Source: Myxococcota bacterium
GTDB lineage: Bacteria; Myxococcota_A; UBA796; CAJQPC01
DNA: 64,000 nucleotides
NCBI GenBank assembly: GCA_036012755.1
Contig: DASCPX010000160.1
Coordinates: 65,657 to 129,656 of the forward strand
Reading direction: 5' to 3'
Both the position numbers and the translations under genes were made by a program. Under the pieces are notes generated by a model that was given only the letters and a program-made list of their open reading frames with translations, did no database searches and was not told the DNA's origin. The stretch's first letter is position 1. The number at the start of each line of letters is the position of its first letter. Shown in pieces: positions 42,724-53,523 of the stretch.

Positions 42724-45117
42724 ATGAACGCGCTGTTTGCGCTCCTGCTGTGCCTGATGTCCCCTGCGATCGCGGAGGAACCGACCGACCCCTACGCCCA
42801 CATCGAGGACTACCGCGTCCTGGAGCGCATGGCCTCGGACGAAACAGACGAGACAGAGAAGCGAGCGCTCATCGAGGCGGCGCTCGACCGCATGGAGCTC
42901 AAGAAGTACCTCGGCTACCGCGCCGGGCTGCGGGAGGCCCTGGTGCTCGAGCGCCTGGGCCAGGACGAGGCTGCCGCGGCCGAGTACCGCGCCTCCTTCG
43001 ACGACGACGTGCTCCGCACGGTGCAGGTGCTGCGAATCGTCTCCATCCACCCCGATCGGAACGCCCTCGTCGACGAGGCCTATGCCTACGTCGAGGCCCT
43101 CGTCGCCAAGGCCACCGCTGGAGAGGACGCGGCGATCTACACGACCTCGAAGGGCAAGAAGCGCATGCTGACGCCGATGACCCAGGACGAGGTCTTCGAG
43201 CAGATCCGTGCGGGGAAGTCGGTCAAGTACTGCTACGTCGAGGCCCTGGACTTCAACGCCCTGGAGGACGAGGTCCTCGCGACCCAGGACGTGGTGCTCA
43301 ACCGCTGCGTCATCGGCTCGATCACGGCCCAGACCAAGCACTTCAAGAAGCTGGCGATCAAGGCCTTCGTCCTCGGCGACGTCAAGCTCGGCAAGCAGTG
43401 GACCGGAGCGAAGAACAAGTCCTCTGTCATCCGATCCTCCACCTTCGAGGTCATCAGCTTCCGCGACAGCGCGATCCGCGGCGAGGCGAACTTCGCTGCC
43501 ATCGAGACCGGAGAGAAGACCGCAGGCTGGCAGATGGTCGTCTTCGACGGACCGGTGGACTTCAAGGGAGCGGAGATCCTGGGTCCCTTCGACCTGCGCT
43601 TCGCTGCCTTCCGCGGGGGAGCCAACTTCAAGGACGCCCGCTTCTCAGAGGCCGTCTACTTCGGCGGCACCCGCTACGCAGGAGACGTGATCTTCACCGG
43701 CGTGACCAGCGCCCGCTTCGTCTACTTCAACAGCGCGACCTTCGAGGGCAGCGCGGCCTTCAACAGCTGCGAGCTGCTCAAGGGGGCCACCTTCGAAGAC
43801 AGCCGCTTCGTGGGCCCGGTCAGCCTGGAGACCAGCACCTTCGAGGGCCGCCTGAACATGAGCCGCGTGGTCTTCGAGGACACGCTGTCCGTCAAAGAGG
43901 TCCACAGCGAAGGCCTCGACATGGTCGGCACGGTCTTCAAGGAAAACGCCAGCTTCGTCGACGCTCGCTTCGACGGCAAGGTGCGCTTCTCCCTCGACGA
44001 CGTCACCCGCGCGATGCACCTCGAGGACACCAAGCCGCTGTTGGCGCTCTACCGCGACTACCAGGGCGACGAGGACGCCGACGAGCCGCTCACGACGACC
44101 TCCAGCTACGGCGTGGAGACCGTCAACGACCTCATCGCGCGGGTCGAGAAGGGCATCAGCTTCGCGAACACCACCTTCACCGGGTACGCCGTCTTCGAGC
44201 GCGTGGTCTTCGGGACGGAGGGCGAAGAACACCTCGCGCAGTTCTACAACACCCAGTTCCTGGGCGAGTCCCACTTCGAGCGCACGACCTGGTACTCGGC
44301 CGCCGACTTCACCACCATCTTCGGGAACGAGATCGCCTTCAACGAGGCCGAGTTCCACGACACCCTCATCCTCGACGATGCGAACGTGCCAGGCCGCATC
44401 ACCCTCACGGACTCGACCTTCGTCGGGGACGCGGACTGGAGCTGGTACGCCGCAGAGGTGCGCGCTCTACAGGTCTACCCGGCCCAGGTCGACGGCCCCG
44501 ACGGCCACCGCCTCTTCTACGAGAAGTGCGCCACCGACAAGGAGGGCTGGACAGAGGACATCCGCATCAGCCGGCTGACCCGCGGCCGGGACATGACCGA
44601 AGAGGAGATCCGCGCGGCCTGCTACGACGCCCTCATCGACGAGTTCGTCGGGCTGAAGGACAGCTTCGGGGCTCGCGCCATGATCAACGCAGAGGACGAC
44701 GCCTACTGGTGGACCCGCCACCACGAGACGATGGCGCGCATGCGCTTCGGCGGGGCCACGGACAAGGTGGTCTCCATCCTGAACATCGGGCTCTTCGAGT
44801 GGTGCTTCGGCTGGGGCGTCCAGCTGGGCAACCTCTTCTTCTGCACGGTGTTCGTGACGGCGGTCTTCGCCCTGATCTACCGCCGCTGGTGCCCCGACAC
44901 GATGCTGATGTACCACGGCACAGAGCTACCGATCCGAGAGGTCAGCTTCGTCGGGCTCTTCTTCGTGAGCTTCCAGTCGCTGCTCGCGATCAACACCGGC
45001 TGGGACTTCGGCGAGGACGACCACCGCTTCCGCTACCTGAACTCGGTCGAGACCCTGATCGGCTTCATCATCCTGACCTTCTTCGTCGGCGCCTATACGC
45101 GCATGATCCTGTCCTGA
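42724..45117 (+). CDS. Signal-peptide-bearing pentapeptide-repeat protein with a C-terminal channel-like membrane domain
   Basis: Signal peptide; many xxFxx/AxF repeats (ANFKDARFSEAVYF); C-terminal TM-pore-TM-like region (FFVSFQSL...ETLIGFIILTFFVG). Confidence 0.75.
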   Translation: MNALFALLLCLMSPAIAEEPTDPYAHIEDYRVLERMASDETDETEKRALIEAALDRMELKKYLGYRAGLREALVLERLGQDEAAAAEYRASFDDDVLRTVQVLRIVSIHPDRNALVDEAYAYVEALVAKATAGEDAAIYTTSKGKKRMLTPMTQDEVFEQIRAGKSVKYCYVEALDFNALEDEVLATQDVVLNRCVIGSITAQTKHFKKLAIKAFVLGDVKLGKQWTGAKNKSSVIRSSTFEVISFRDSAIRGEANFAAIETGEKTAGWQMVVFDGPVDFKGAEILGPFDLRFAAFRGGANFKDARFSEAVYFGGTRYAGDVIFTGVTSARFVYFNSATFEGSAAFNSCELLKGATFEDSRFVGPVSLETSTFEGRLNMSRVVFEDTLSVKEVHSEGLDMVGTVFKENASFVDARFDGKVRFSLDDVTRAMHLEDTKPLLALYRDYQGDEDADEPLTTTSSYGVETVNDLIARVEKGISFANTTFTGYAVFERVVFGTEGEEHLAQFYNTQFLGESHFERTTWYSAADFTTIFGNEIAFNEAEFHDTLILDDANVPGRITLTDSTFVGDADWSWYAAEVRALQVYPAQVDGPDGHRLFYEKCATDKEGWTEDIRISRLTRGRDMTEEEIRAACYDALIDEFVGLKDSFGARAMINAEDDAYWWTRHHETMARMRFGGATDKVVSILNIGLFEWCFGWGVQLGNLFFCTVFVTAVFALIYRRWCPDTMLMYHGTELPIREVSFVGLFFVSFQSLLAINTGWDFGEDDHRFRYLNSVETLIGFIILTFFVGAYTRMILS

Positions 45118-45120
45118 ACG

Positions 45121-45148
45121 AAAACAGCCGAGGTGAGGGCCTCGGCTG
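45121..45148 (-). terminator. Terminator hairpin between convergent genes
   Basis: CAGCCGAGG-N6-CCTCGGCTG with TTTT following on the minus strand. Confidence 0.55.
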
Positions 45149-45186
45149 CTTCGATCATTGGACAACGGCCGTGCTGAGTAGCACGG

Positions 45187-45489
45187 CTACTCGTCGTCCA
45201 TCTCCGCTTCCATGTTGCCGGAGCTGTCGCGCTTGGCCTTTCCGCCCTTCTTGGCGGGCTCTTCTTCGGCCTCGGCGGCCTTGGCGGCCTCTTCGCACTT
45301 GGTCTTCTCGTCGCCCTCGAGCGTCGAGCAGTCGGTCTCGGCCGGAGCTTCGGCCGGAGCTTCGGCCGGAGCTTCGGCCTCGGTCTCGGCCGCGGCCGCC
45401 TCCTCTGCCGGGGCCTCGTCGGCGGGCGGGTCTCCGGCCCAGGCGATGCCGGTGGCTGCGAGGGCCAGGGTGATGAAAGCTGCGCGCAT
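45187..45489 (-). CDS. Small secreted Ala/Glu-rich protein
   Basis: MRAAFITLALAATGIAWA signal; APAE repeats; CSTLEGDEKTKC; AAGGAAGGA RBS. Confidence 0.65.
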   Translation of the reverse strand: MRAAFITLALAATGIAWAGDPPADEAPAEEAAAAETEAEAPAEAPAEAPAETDCSTLEGDEKTKCEEAAKAAEAEEEPAKKGGKAKRDSSGNMEAEMDDE

Positions 45490-45716
45490 GGTTTCCTTCC
45501 TTTGCAGGGATTCAGCGGCCATTTCGACCATCTGGACGGGAAGTGATCCGGACGAGCCGGAAACGGCGGGAGCGTGTCACATGCATCACCGGCCTGTCAA
45601 CTCCGACCTCCGTGGGCGACCGACGGTTCGGGAACAACTGTCATTCCGCGGGTGTCCAGCACCTCGACGTGACCAGCAATCCAACTTATCGGCGACGCCG
45701 ACCGAGGGTCCGGTAC

Positions 45717-46865
45717 ATGAAGCTCCTGCGAATCGTCCCCGCCATGCTCCTCTGCGCCGCCGCAGCATGGAGCACCAGCGCCCACGCCAAATGCGAGGGC
45801 CAGGTGGCTCGCGCCAAGAAGGCGAAAGGTCCTGCGACCGCCGCGGCCTTCGAGAAGCTCGCCGCCTGCGACACCACCGAAGCGAAGCGGAACTTCACCG
45901 CCGTCATGCAGAACGCTGGTGACAGCGACTCGCTGATCGCCTTGTCGATGGTGGCCATCGACCACGAGATCTGGAACCCCGTGTGGGAGATGATGGGCAA
46001 GATCCCGGACTACGACGCCCGCGATGTCGTCGCCGAGGGCATCGGCCAGCACTGCGCCGACAACGAGCAGGTCGTGAAGTTCCTCCAGGGTGCGTACTTC
46101 GGCCTCCGGGACATCGACTTCCAGCAGTGGGACGACGCGCTGGTCACCTGCCAGGCGGAGAGCTTCGACGCCTGGCTCGTCCAGACGGTTGAGAACCCCC
46201 CGGCGAAGCAGTACGACGAGAAGTGGGCCAAGGTGGCCGAGATCTATGTCGCCCGCCTCGGCGCAGACGCGCTGCCGAGCCTCGCGGTCGGTGCCCAGAA
46301 TGCAGCCGAGAACGACGGGCCCTTCGAGGCCGTGCTCGCCCTGATGGACTCGGCGGTCGCGCCCTCGCTGGGCGAGGAGATGGCCCCGGAGCACCAGCAG
46401 GCGCTCGAGGACGCCCTGGTCACGATGGCAAAGGGCCTCCCCGCCAACCAGGCCCGCTCGATCGCCGATCGCCTCGCGAACGCAGGCTCAGAGGGCGCCG
46501 CCGCATCGCTCCTGCCCGCCATCTACCCCGACAGGGTCGGCTCGGACGGCAGCTTCACCTACGGCGCCGTCAGCATCGAGCTGGCCGACTGCAAGGGTGT
46601 GCAGAGCGCCAGCCTCCACGCCACAGAGATCAGCGAGCCGGGCAATCGCTACATCCTTCAGGACGACATCCTGGAGCCGATGCGGGCCTTCAAGCCCAAG
46701 CTCTCCAAGTGCACGACCGAGGGTGATTGGTTGGTGCTCGCCACCGCCGAACCCATGGGGGGCAAGGGCGACCTCGACGACTTCACCGCCGGCATCGAAG
46801 CCCAGTACATAGAGAAGGGCTACGAGGTGAAGATCAAGGAAGAGAAGACAGTCGTCCTGGATTGA
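45717..46865 (+). CDS. Secreted hypothetical protein (helical, Cys pairs)
   Basis: MKLLRIVPAMLLCAAAAWSTSAHA signal peptide; long ORF. Confidence 0.7.
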   Translation: MKLLRIVPAMLLCAAAAWSTSAHAKCEGQVARAKKAKGPATAAAFEKLAACDTTEAKRNFTAVMQNAGDSDSLIALSMVAIDHEIWNPVWEMMGKIPDYDARDVVAEGIGQHCADNEQVVKFLQGAYFGLRDIDFQQWDDALVTCQAESFDAWLVQTVENPPAKQYDEKWAKVAEIYVARLGADALPSLAVGAQNAAENDGPFEAVLALMDSAVAPSLGEEMAPEHQQALEDALVTMAKGLPANQARSIADRLANAGSEGAAASLLPAIYPDRVGSDGSFTYGAVSIELADCKGVQSASLHATEISEPGNRYILQDDILEPMRAFKPKLSKCTTEGDWLVLATAEPMGGKGDLDDFTAGIEAQYIEKGYEVKIKEEKTVVLD

Positions 46866-46880
46866 AGCCGCAGACAAGAC

Positions 46881-47348
46881 ATGCCCGTCTACTCCGTCCT
46901 CTTCGTCTGTCTCGGCAACATCTGCCGATCCCCGCTGGCCGACGCGGTCCTCCGCCACAAGGTGGCGGCTGCAGGTCTCTCGGACCGCATCGCGGTGGAC
47001 TCCTGCGGCACGTCCAGCTACCACGAGGGCGAGCCTCCGAACCCCATGAGCGCGCGCGTCGCCCGGCGTCATGGCATCGACATGAGCACGCTGAGGAGCC
47101 GCCAGCTCAGACGCGCGGACCTTCACGAGACCGACCTCCTCGTCGCCATGGACGCCAGCAACAAGCGGGGCATCGAGCGCCTCGGGACCGGACGGGTCGT
47201 GATGATGAGGGACTACGACCCCTCCGGCTCGGGGGACGTGCCCGACCCCTGGGGCGGCGGAGCGCGGGGCTTCGACCTCGTCTACGAGATCATCGACCGC
47301 AGCTGCGAGGTCCTACTCCGCGAGATCCGGGACGAACTCGGCGTCTGA
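46881..47348 (+). CDS. Low-molecular-weight protein-tyrosine phosphatase
   Basis: VLFVCLGNICRSP and VPDPW. Confidence 0.95.
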   Translation: MPVYSVLFVCLGNICRSPLADAVLRHKVAAAGLSDRIAVDSCGTSSYHEGEPPNPMSARVARRHGIDMSTLRSRQLRRADLHETDLLVAMDASNKRGIERLGTGRVVMMRDYDPSGSGDVPDPWGGGARGFDLVYEIIDRSCEVLLREIRDELGV

Positions 47349-47365
47349 GAGCGCTCCGTAGCACC

Positions 47366-47381
47366 TGGCACAGCGCTTGCT
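47366..47381 (+). promoter_or_regulatory. Sigma54 (-24/-12) promoter
   Basis: TGGCAC-AGCGC-TTGCT matches the TGGCAC-N5-TTGCW consensus exactly; intergenic. Confidence 0.8.
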
Positions 47382-47440
47382 ACGTAAAACAGCGAATCCT
47401 CCCGCTGTCCTCCCGTCCGCTGCCGCACTTGGAGAGAATC

Positions 47441-47611
47441 ATGGCCCGCACGCTCACCATCAAGAACACCGAAGAGCCAGCAACCTCGCGCCTCTTCAAC
47501 GTCTTCCTGCTCGTGGCGCTGGGCTGGCTGGTGCTGGGAATGGTCTTCGCCGGAGTCAGCGCCGGCGACGCCGGCGCGACGGAAGCGACCCCGGTTATCG
47601 ACATCGAGTAG
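47441..47611 (+). CDS. 56-aa single-pass membrane peptide
   Basis: GGAGAG RBS plus ATG; MARTLTIKNTEEPATSRLFNVFLLVALGWLVLGMVFAGV...; downstream of the sigma54 box. Confidence 0.65.
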   Translation: MARTLTIKNTEEPATSRLFNVFLLVALGWLVLGMVFAGVSAGDAGATEATPVIDIE

Positions 47612-47619
47612 ATGCGTAT

Positions 47620-49104
47620 CTACTGATCCGGTATTCCGAAGAGCCAGCCTCCCTCAGCGCGGGTCGGTTCGCCGAGCCGAACCGTGAGCGCATCGACGAC
47701 AGCCTCGGCCTCGTAGCAGTGGGCCTCCACGACGAGCACCTGGTCCAGACCGTCGAGGTCCAGGACATCCGGGAGAGCGCCATCGAAGCAAGCGGCGTCC
47801 AGCGCCCGGATCGAAGGGCGCTGCAGGAGCGCGTCGGGGCCTTCGTGGTTCTCGGCGACCGGCTGGCCGTGGGAGAGCTGGTAGAGGTTCGATCTGCGAG
47901 GGATCTCCTCACCGAAGTCGACCCGTCGGTTGTCGAAGGGGAGTTCGAGCAGCACTCCGTCGACGTGCTCGTAGATGGCGGGAGGACTCGGGTCGGTGAG
48001 CTGCCGTGGAAAAGCCGTCTGTGAGAACAGGAGGCTGTCCGCGACCAGCAGCAGGGGGGCCAACCACCACCGTGGCAGACGCTCGGCGCCGAAGCCCGCT
48101 GCCACCGCTAGGAAGATCGCCGCTGGCCCGGCGGCCCGGTGCCAGTGGGAGAGACCGTCGATCGGGATGAACTTCGCGGGCATCGGCGCGAGCACCTCGC
48201 CGGCGACGCTCAGGTGGTGACCGAGCGCGAGGATCCACAGCGGCAGGGCAAAGAGCAGCAGGCCCCGGCGGCGCCCCAAGAGCGCGAGGCCCAGCGCGAC
48301 GAGACCCAGGTAGACCGCCTTGGAGGGCTCGACACGCTCCAGCGCCGGTAGCACCAGGTTCGCGAGATCCGTGCCGAAGACCGGCAGCTCGCGCCAGTGC
48401 GGACGGAACTCGGGGGGATGGGGCGATGCGTGGATGAAGCGCTCGGCCCACAGGGAGCTGTCGTGCGTCAGCGCGCGGGGGAGGACCAGCGCCAGGGCGA
48501 TCGCCCCCTGAGCCAGGACACCGAGGGGCCGCCGAGAGCGCCACAGCACCCACGCGGCGAGCGGGCCCTCGACGACGAGGCCGAACAAAGCGTGGTACCA
48601 GCCCGAGAGCGCGAAGGCGGCCAGGCACAGGCCGGAGGCGAGCCACCAGCGATGTCGTCCGGTGTCTCCCCAGCGGACCAGCGCGGCGGCGTGCAGCCCC
48701 AACCAGCCGATGGGCAGCGCCTCGCTCAGACCCATGTCGACGAGGCCGAGCAGGACCGGAGCGGACATCGCCGCGACGCCGGCGGCGCAGGCGCCCGCCT
48801 CCGTGGCCTTCAAGGCCCTAGCGAGCGCCCAGGCCCCGGCGAAGGCCAACACGAGGTTGAAGTAGACGACCCCTTGCAGACCGAAGACGGCGACCGGCAG
48901 GTTCACCGGGTCCATCAGCGGGATGGCGATGCCTTCCGGCCAGTTGACGACGGGGCCGTCCTGGAAGGCGCGCCAGAACATCCAGGCGTGGTTGGTCCCC
49001 TCCCCCAACGGGTGGCTGGGCAGGTGGCTCGGGCGCAACGGCCAGGGCCACAGCAACAAGAGCGGGAGCCCGAGCGCCACGCTGGCTGTCCAGGCTCGCT
49101 TCAT
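47620..49104 (-). CDS. Polytopic membrane protein, GT-C/YfhO-like glycosyltransferase candidate
   Basis: Many hydrophobic segments; NWPEG; LLELPF...LYQLSHGQP C-terminal motif; ATG at 49104. Confidence 0.55.
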   Translation of the reverse strand: MKRAWTASVALGLPLLLLWPWPLRPSHLPSHPLGEGTNHAWMFWRAFQDGPVVNWPEGIAIPLMDPVNLPVAVFGLQGVVYFNLVLAFAGAWALARALKATEAGACAAGVAAMSAPVLLGLVDMGLSEALPIGWLGLHAAALVRWGDTGRHRWWLASGLCLAAFALSGWYHALFGLVVEGPLAAWVLWRSRRPLGVLAQGAIALALVLPRALTHDSSLWAERFIHASPHPPEFRPHWRELPVFGTDLANLVLPALERVEPSKAVYLGLVALGLALLGRRRGLLLFALPLWILALGHHLSVAGEVLAPMPAKFIPIDGLSHWHRAAGPAAIFLAVAAGFGAERLPRWWLAPLLLVADSLLFSQTAFPRQLTDPSPPAIYEHVDGVLLELPFDNRRVDFGEEIPRRSNLYQLSHGQPVAENHEGPDALLQRPSIRALDAACFDGALPDVLDLDGLDQVLVVEAHCYEAEAVVDALTVRLGEPTRAEGGWLFGIPDQ

Positions 49105-49120
49105 GCCCAACGATGGCACG

Positions 49121-50572
<1,452 letters not shown>

Positions 50573-50574
50573 CG

Positions 50575-51717
50575 CTAGCGGAGCTCGAAGCTGCAGCGCA
50601 CCCGCTCCGCGCTCCCGACGCCGACGAGCCAGTCACCCTGCTCCTGCCAGCAGAGCTGCTTGTCCAGGCCGACCTTCAGCCTCTCCCAGCCTGGGCCTCG
50701 CTGCACTCGGAGTCCGGCGCAGCCCTGCTCCAGGATCTGCACCCGGCCACCCTCTGCGAGGACCTTGCGAGCACCCCAGGCGAGGGTCGCCCGGCGGTCG
50801 TCGACGCGGGCTGAGCTCAGCTCACCCTCGGCTGGTCCGAGGGCCCCGATCAGGGCTTCTCCGTCGAGGTGCCAGGACAGCGAGCCGTGCTCTACCAGCA
50901 GTCGGGAGGTCACTCCCTTCAGCCGAGCGTGTCCCACGGCCCGGTTCGTCGCCCGGTAGGCCCGCAGGGACCACTCACGGCCGATGTCGAGGTCGTCCTC
51001 GACTCCCAGGGCGTCGGCGAGCTCTTCTGCCGACTCGCCGAGCAGCGCCGGATGACGGGCAGTGTCCAGAGGTGGCCCACCCGCCGAGACGACGCGCAGG
51101 TAGGACGCACCACGGTAGAGAGCGCCCTCGGCCTCTGGGGGCAGGGTGGCGAAGGAGCGGGCGACGAGCCCCAAGCAGACGGCACGCTGGAGGGCGTCCG
51201 GAGCTCCGCTGCCATCAACGGCGACCACCTCTGGCATGGCCCTCGCGAGCCTGGAGAGCCCCTCGCCGACCCACAGCTCGGAGAGGTCTGGAAACAGCGA
51301 GCCGGCGACGACCAGACCCGAGCCCTGCGCGACGGGATGGGGCGAGTCCTCGCGAAGGGTGAACTCGGCGTGGGCACGGGCCGAGCCGGCCATGCGTCGC
51401 CAGAGATCCGGATCGAGCTCCTCGCCCAGGACACCGACCCCGAGGCCCCAGTAGACCAGCCGCACAGCTGCGTCGGAGGCGTGCTCCCAGTCGGCGCCTT
51501 CGCCAGGCCGATCGGCCAGTATCCACCTGCCGAGTCGAGAGCAGGCCTCCTCCGCCTCCCCGCGACGGGCGAGGTCCAGGAACCAGCGGTGCAGATCGCG
51601 CCTGTCCTCGAAGCCCGGGCGACCGAGCCGAAGCTGGAGAAGCGGACCACGCCTCGCGTCGACCGGTGAGGCGTCGAGAGGGCGCCGGCGGGACAACCGC
51701 CGGAGCAGGCGCATCAC
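50575..51717 (-). CDS. Hypothetical protein with weak resemblance to heparinase II/III-like proteins
   Basis: W...DAAVRLVYW and DGSG segments; otherwise degenerate. Confidence 0.4.
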   Translation of the reverse strand: MMRLLRRLSRRRPLDASPVDARRGPLLQLRLGRPGFEDRRDLHRWFLDLARRGEAEEACSRLGRWILADRPGEGADWEHASDAAVRLVYWGLGVGVLGEELDPDLWRRMAGSARAHAEFTLREDSPHPVAQGSGLVVAGSLFPDLSELWVGEGLSRLARAMPEVVAVDGSGAPDALQRAVCLGLVARSFATLPPEAEGALYRGASYLRVVSAGGPPLDTARHPALLGESAEELADALGVEDDLDIGREWSLRAYRATNRAVGHARLKGVTSRLLVEHGSLSWHLDGEALIGALGPAEGELSSARVDDRRATLAWGARKVLAEGGRVQILEQGCAGLRVQRGPGWERLKVGLDKQLCWQEQGDWLVGVGSAERVRCSFELR

Positions 51718-52724
51718 TCGCCCGGGACAGAGAACTCGAAGTCGATCTCGTCTCCGAGCTCCGCCTCCAGGAAGGCCCTGAGCCGCTTGCGCATGCGGGC
51801 CTCGATCTGGCGGATGCGCTCCTTGCTGACGCCGAAGCGCTCGCCCAGCCGGGACAACGGGATCGGGTCCGCGACCGTGAGCCGCTCGTGCCAGATGGCC
51901 TCCTCGCGGTCGTCTACAAGGGTCTCGGCGAAGACGCTGAGCTTCTCCGCCACGACCGAACCCAGCTGGTTCCTCGCCGCCTGGTCGGCCGGGGAGGTGC
52001 GGATGTGGTCCGGGACGATGTCCTTGAGCTGGCGACCTTCGTCGCCGCCGCCGCTAGGGGCATCGAGGCTCATCGCCGGCGCGCGAAGGTGCTGGTCGAC
52101 GTTGATGACCTCTTGCTCGGGCACGTCGAGGCGCTCGGCGAGGGCCTTTGTGGAGGGCTTGAGCCCCTCGTCGATCAGGCGCTGCTTCTCCTTCTGGAGC
52201 TGGAAGAAGAGCTTTCGCCCGTGGCGGGTGCTGCCGAGCCGCACCATGCGGAAGTTGTCCATCAGGTAGCGAAGGATCATCGCCCGGATCCAGTACTGGG
52301 CGTAGCTGGAGAAGCGGATGCCCCGGTAGGGATCGTAGCGCCGCAGCGCCTCGACGAGCCCGACGTTGCCTTCCTGGATGAGGTCCAGGACGTTGCTCCA
52401 CTGGCGGTGGTACTGGAAGGCCAGCTTGACCACCAGGCGCAGGTTGGCGGTGACGAGCCGCTCGGCCGCGTAGCGATCGCCGTCCTCGACCCACCGGATC
52501 GCCAGCTCCTTCTCAACCGCCGGATCGAGCAGCGGCCACCGGCGCACCTCGGCCAGGTAGTAGGCGAGGAGATCGTCCTTGCTCGCCTTGTTGGCCCTCT
52601 TCCGCGGAGGAGGAGCCAGCATCTTCAAGTCGCGGGGGACCTCGCGGGTCGGGTTGTCCTCGCCGAGCGGGTCGACGGGGTTCCCCTCTTCGTCGAGGAC
52701 GTCGCTCTGGTCGCGCTCACCCAT
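51714..52724 (-). CDS. Sigma70-family factor, RpoH/sigma32-like
   Basis: LVTANLRLVVK, DLIQEGNVGL, RFSSYAQYWIRA; RpoH-box-like RKLFFQL; VSKERIRQIE. Confidence 0.9.
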   Translation of the reverse strand: MGERDQSDVLDEEGNPVDPLGEDNPTREVPRDLKMLAPPPRKRANKASKDDLLAYYLAEVRRWPLLDPAVEKELAIRWVEDGDRYAAERLVTANLRLVVKLAFQYHRQWSNVLDLIQEGNVGLVEALRRYDPYRGIRFSSYAQYWIRAMILRYLMDNFRMVRLGSTRHGRKLFFQLQKEKQRLIDEGLKPSTKALAERLDVPEQEVINVDQHLRAPAMSLDAPSGGGDEGRQLKDIVPDHIRTSPADQAARNQLGSVVAEKLSVFAETLVDDREEAIWHERLTVADPIPLSRLGERFGVSKERIRQIEARMRKRLRAFLEAELGDEIDFEFSVPGE

Positions 52725-52730
52725 GTGGGT

Positions 52731-53486
52731 TCACTCCAAGGGCCGGAAGGAAATCGCCTCGCGAAGCCGCCGGACTGCGAGAGGACTGCCGGCGACGAAG
52801 GGCACTCCGAGGTCGGCGAGAGGGTCCAGCGTCTGTCCCTGCAGGGTGGTGGCCACGCCCTCGACCTCCCCTAACAGGCACAAGCCCGCCAGGACATCCC
52901 AGGGCGACCACCCCGCGGCGACGAAGCACGCATGGGCCGCTTGGGCGGCTACGAGGCAGAGGTGGGCAGTATTGCTCCCGAGATTGCGCGCGACGCCCGG
53001 ATGGTCGAGACGAGCCCAGCGATGAAAGCTGGAGGGCAGGTACACCGGGCTCCGGTGGTGCGGCTCGGCGTCCGGGATCGGGACCAGCCTGCGACCGTCG
53101 CGCCAGGCGCCCTCGCCACGGGCCGCGAAGAAGAACTCCCCCGTTCGCGGGAGCCAGGTCGCGCCACACTCGATGGCCCCGCCTCGAACGCGAGCAATGG
53201 TCGGGCCCCAGTGGGCCAGGCCCTCCACGAAGGCGTTCGTCCCGTCGATGGGATCGATGTGCCAGGTCGCACCGGACCCCTCGACTCGGGTGCCTTCCTC
53301 TCCGACGATGCCGTCGTTCGGGAAGTGCCGCTGGAGACCCTCTCGGATCACGGTCTCTGCCGCGCGGTCCGCGTCGGTGACTATGGTCCGATCGGCCTTT
53401 GTCGAAACCTCGGCGCACCCGAAGCGTCGAAGCGCTTCGTCCCCCGCCTTGGTAAGCAGATCCTTCAGCAGCGCGTCGAGTGCCAC
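52731..53486 (-). CDS. Inositol monophosphatase family protein
   Basis: VTDADRAAE, VGEE, WHIDPIDGTNAF, WDVLAG. Confidence 0.85.
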   Translation of the reverse strand: MALDALLKDLLTKAGDEALRRFGCAEVSTKADRTIVTDADRAAETVIREGLQRHFPNDGIVGEEGTRVEGSGATWHIDPIDGTNAFVEGLAHWGPTIARVRGGAIECGATWLPRTGEFFFAARGEGAWRDGRRLVPIPDAEPHHRSPVYLPSSFHRWARLDHPGVARNLGSNTAHLCLVAAQAAHACFVAAGWSPWDVLAGLCLLGEVEGVATTLQGQTLDPLADLGVPFVAGSPLAVRRLREAISFRPLE

Positions 53487-53523
53487 AGGGATGGCCTAAC
53501 CACAACTGGATAGACTGCCCCAG

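Noticed and set aside
45490..45716. 227-nt intergenic region as an sRNA or riboswitch
   Set aside because: I recognised no known structure or terminator; divergent promoters explain it adequately.
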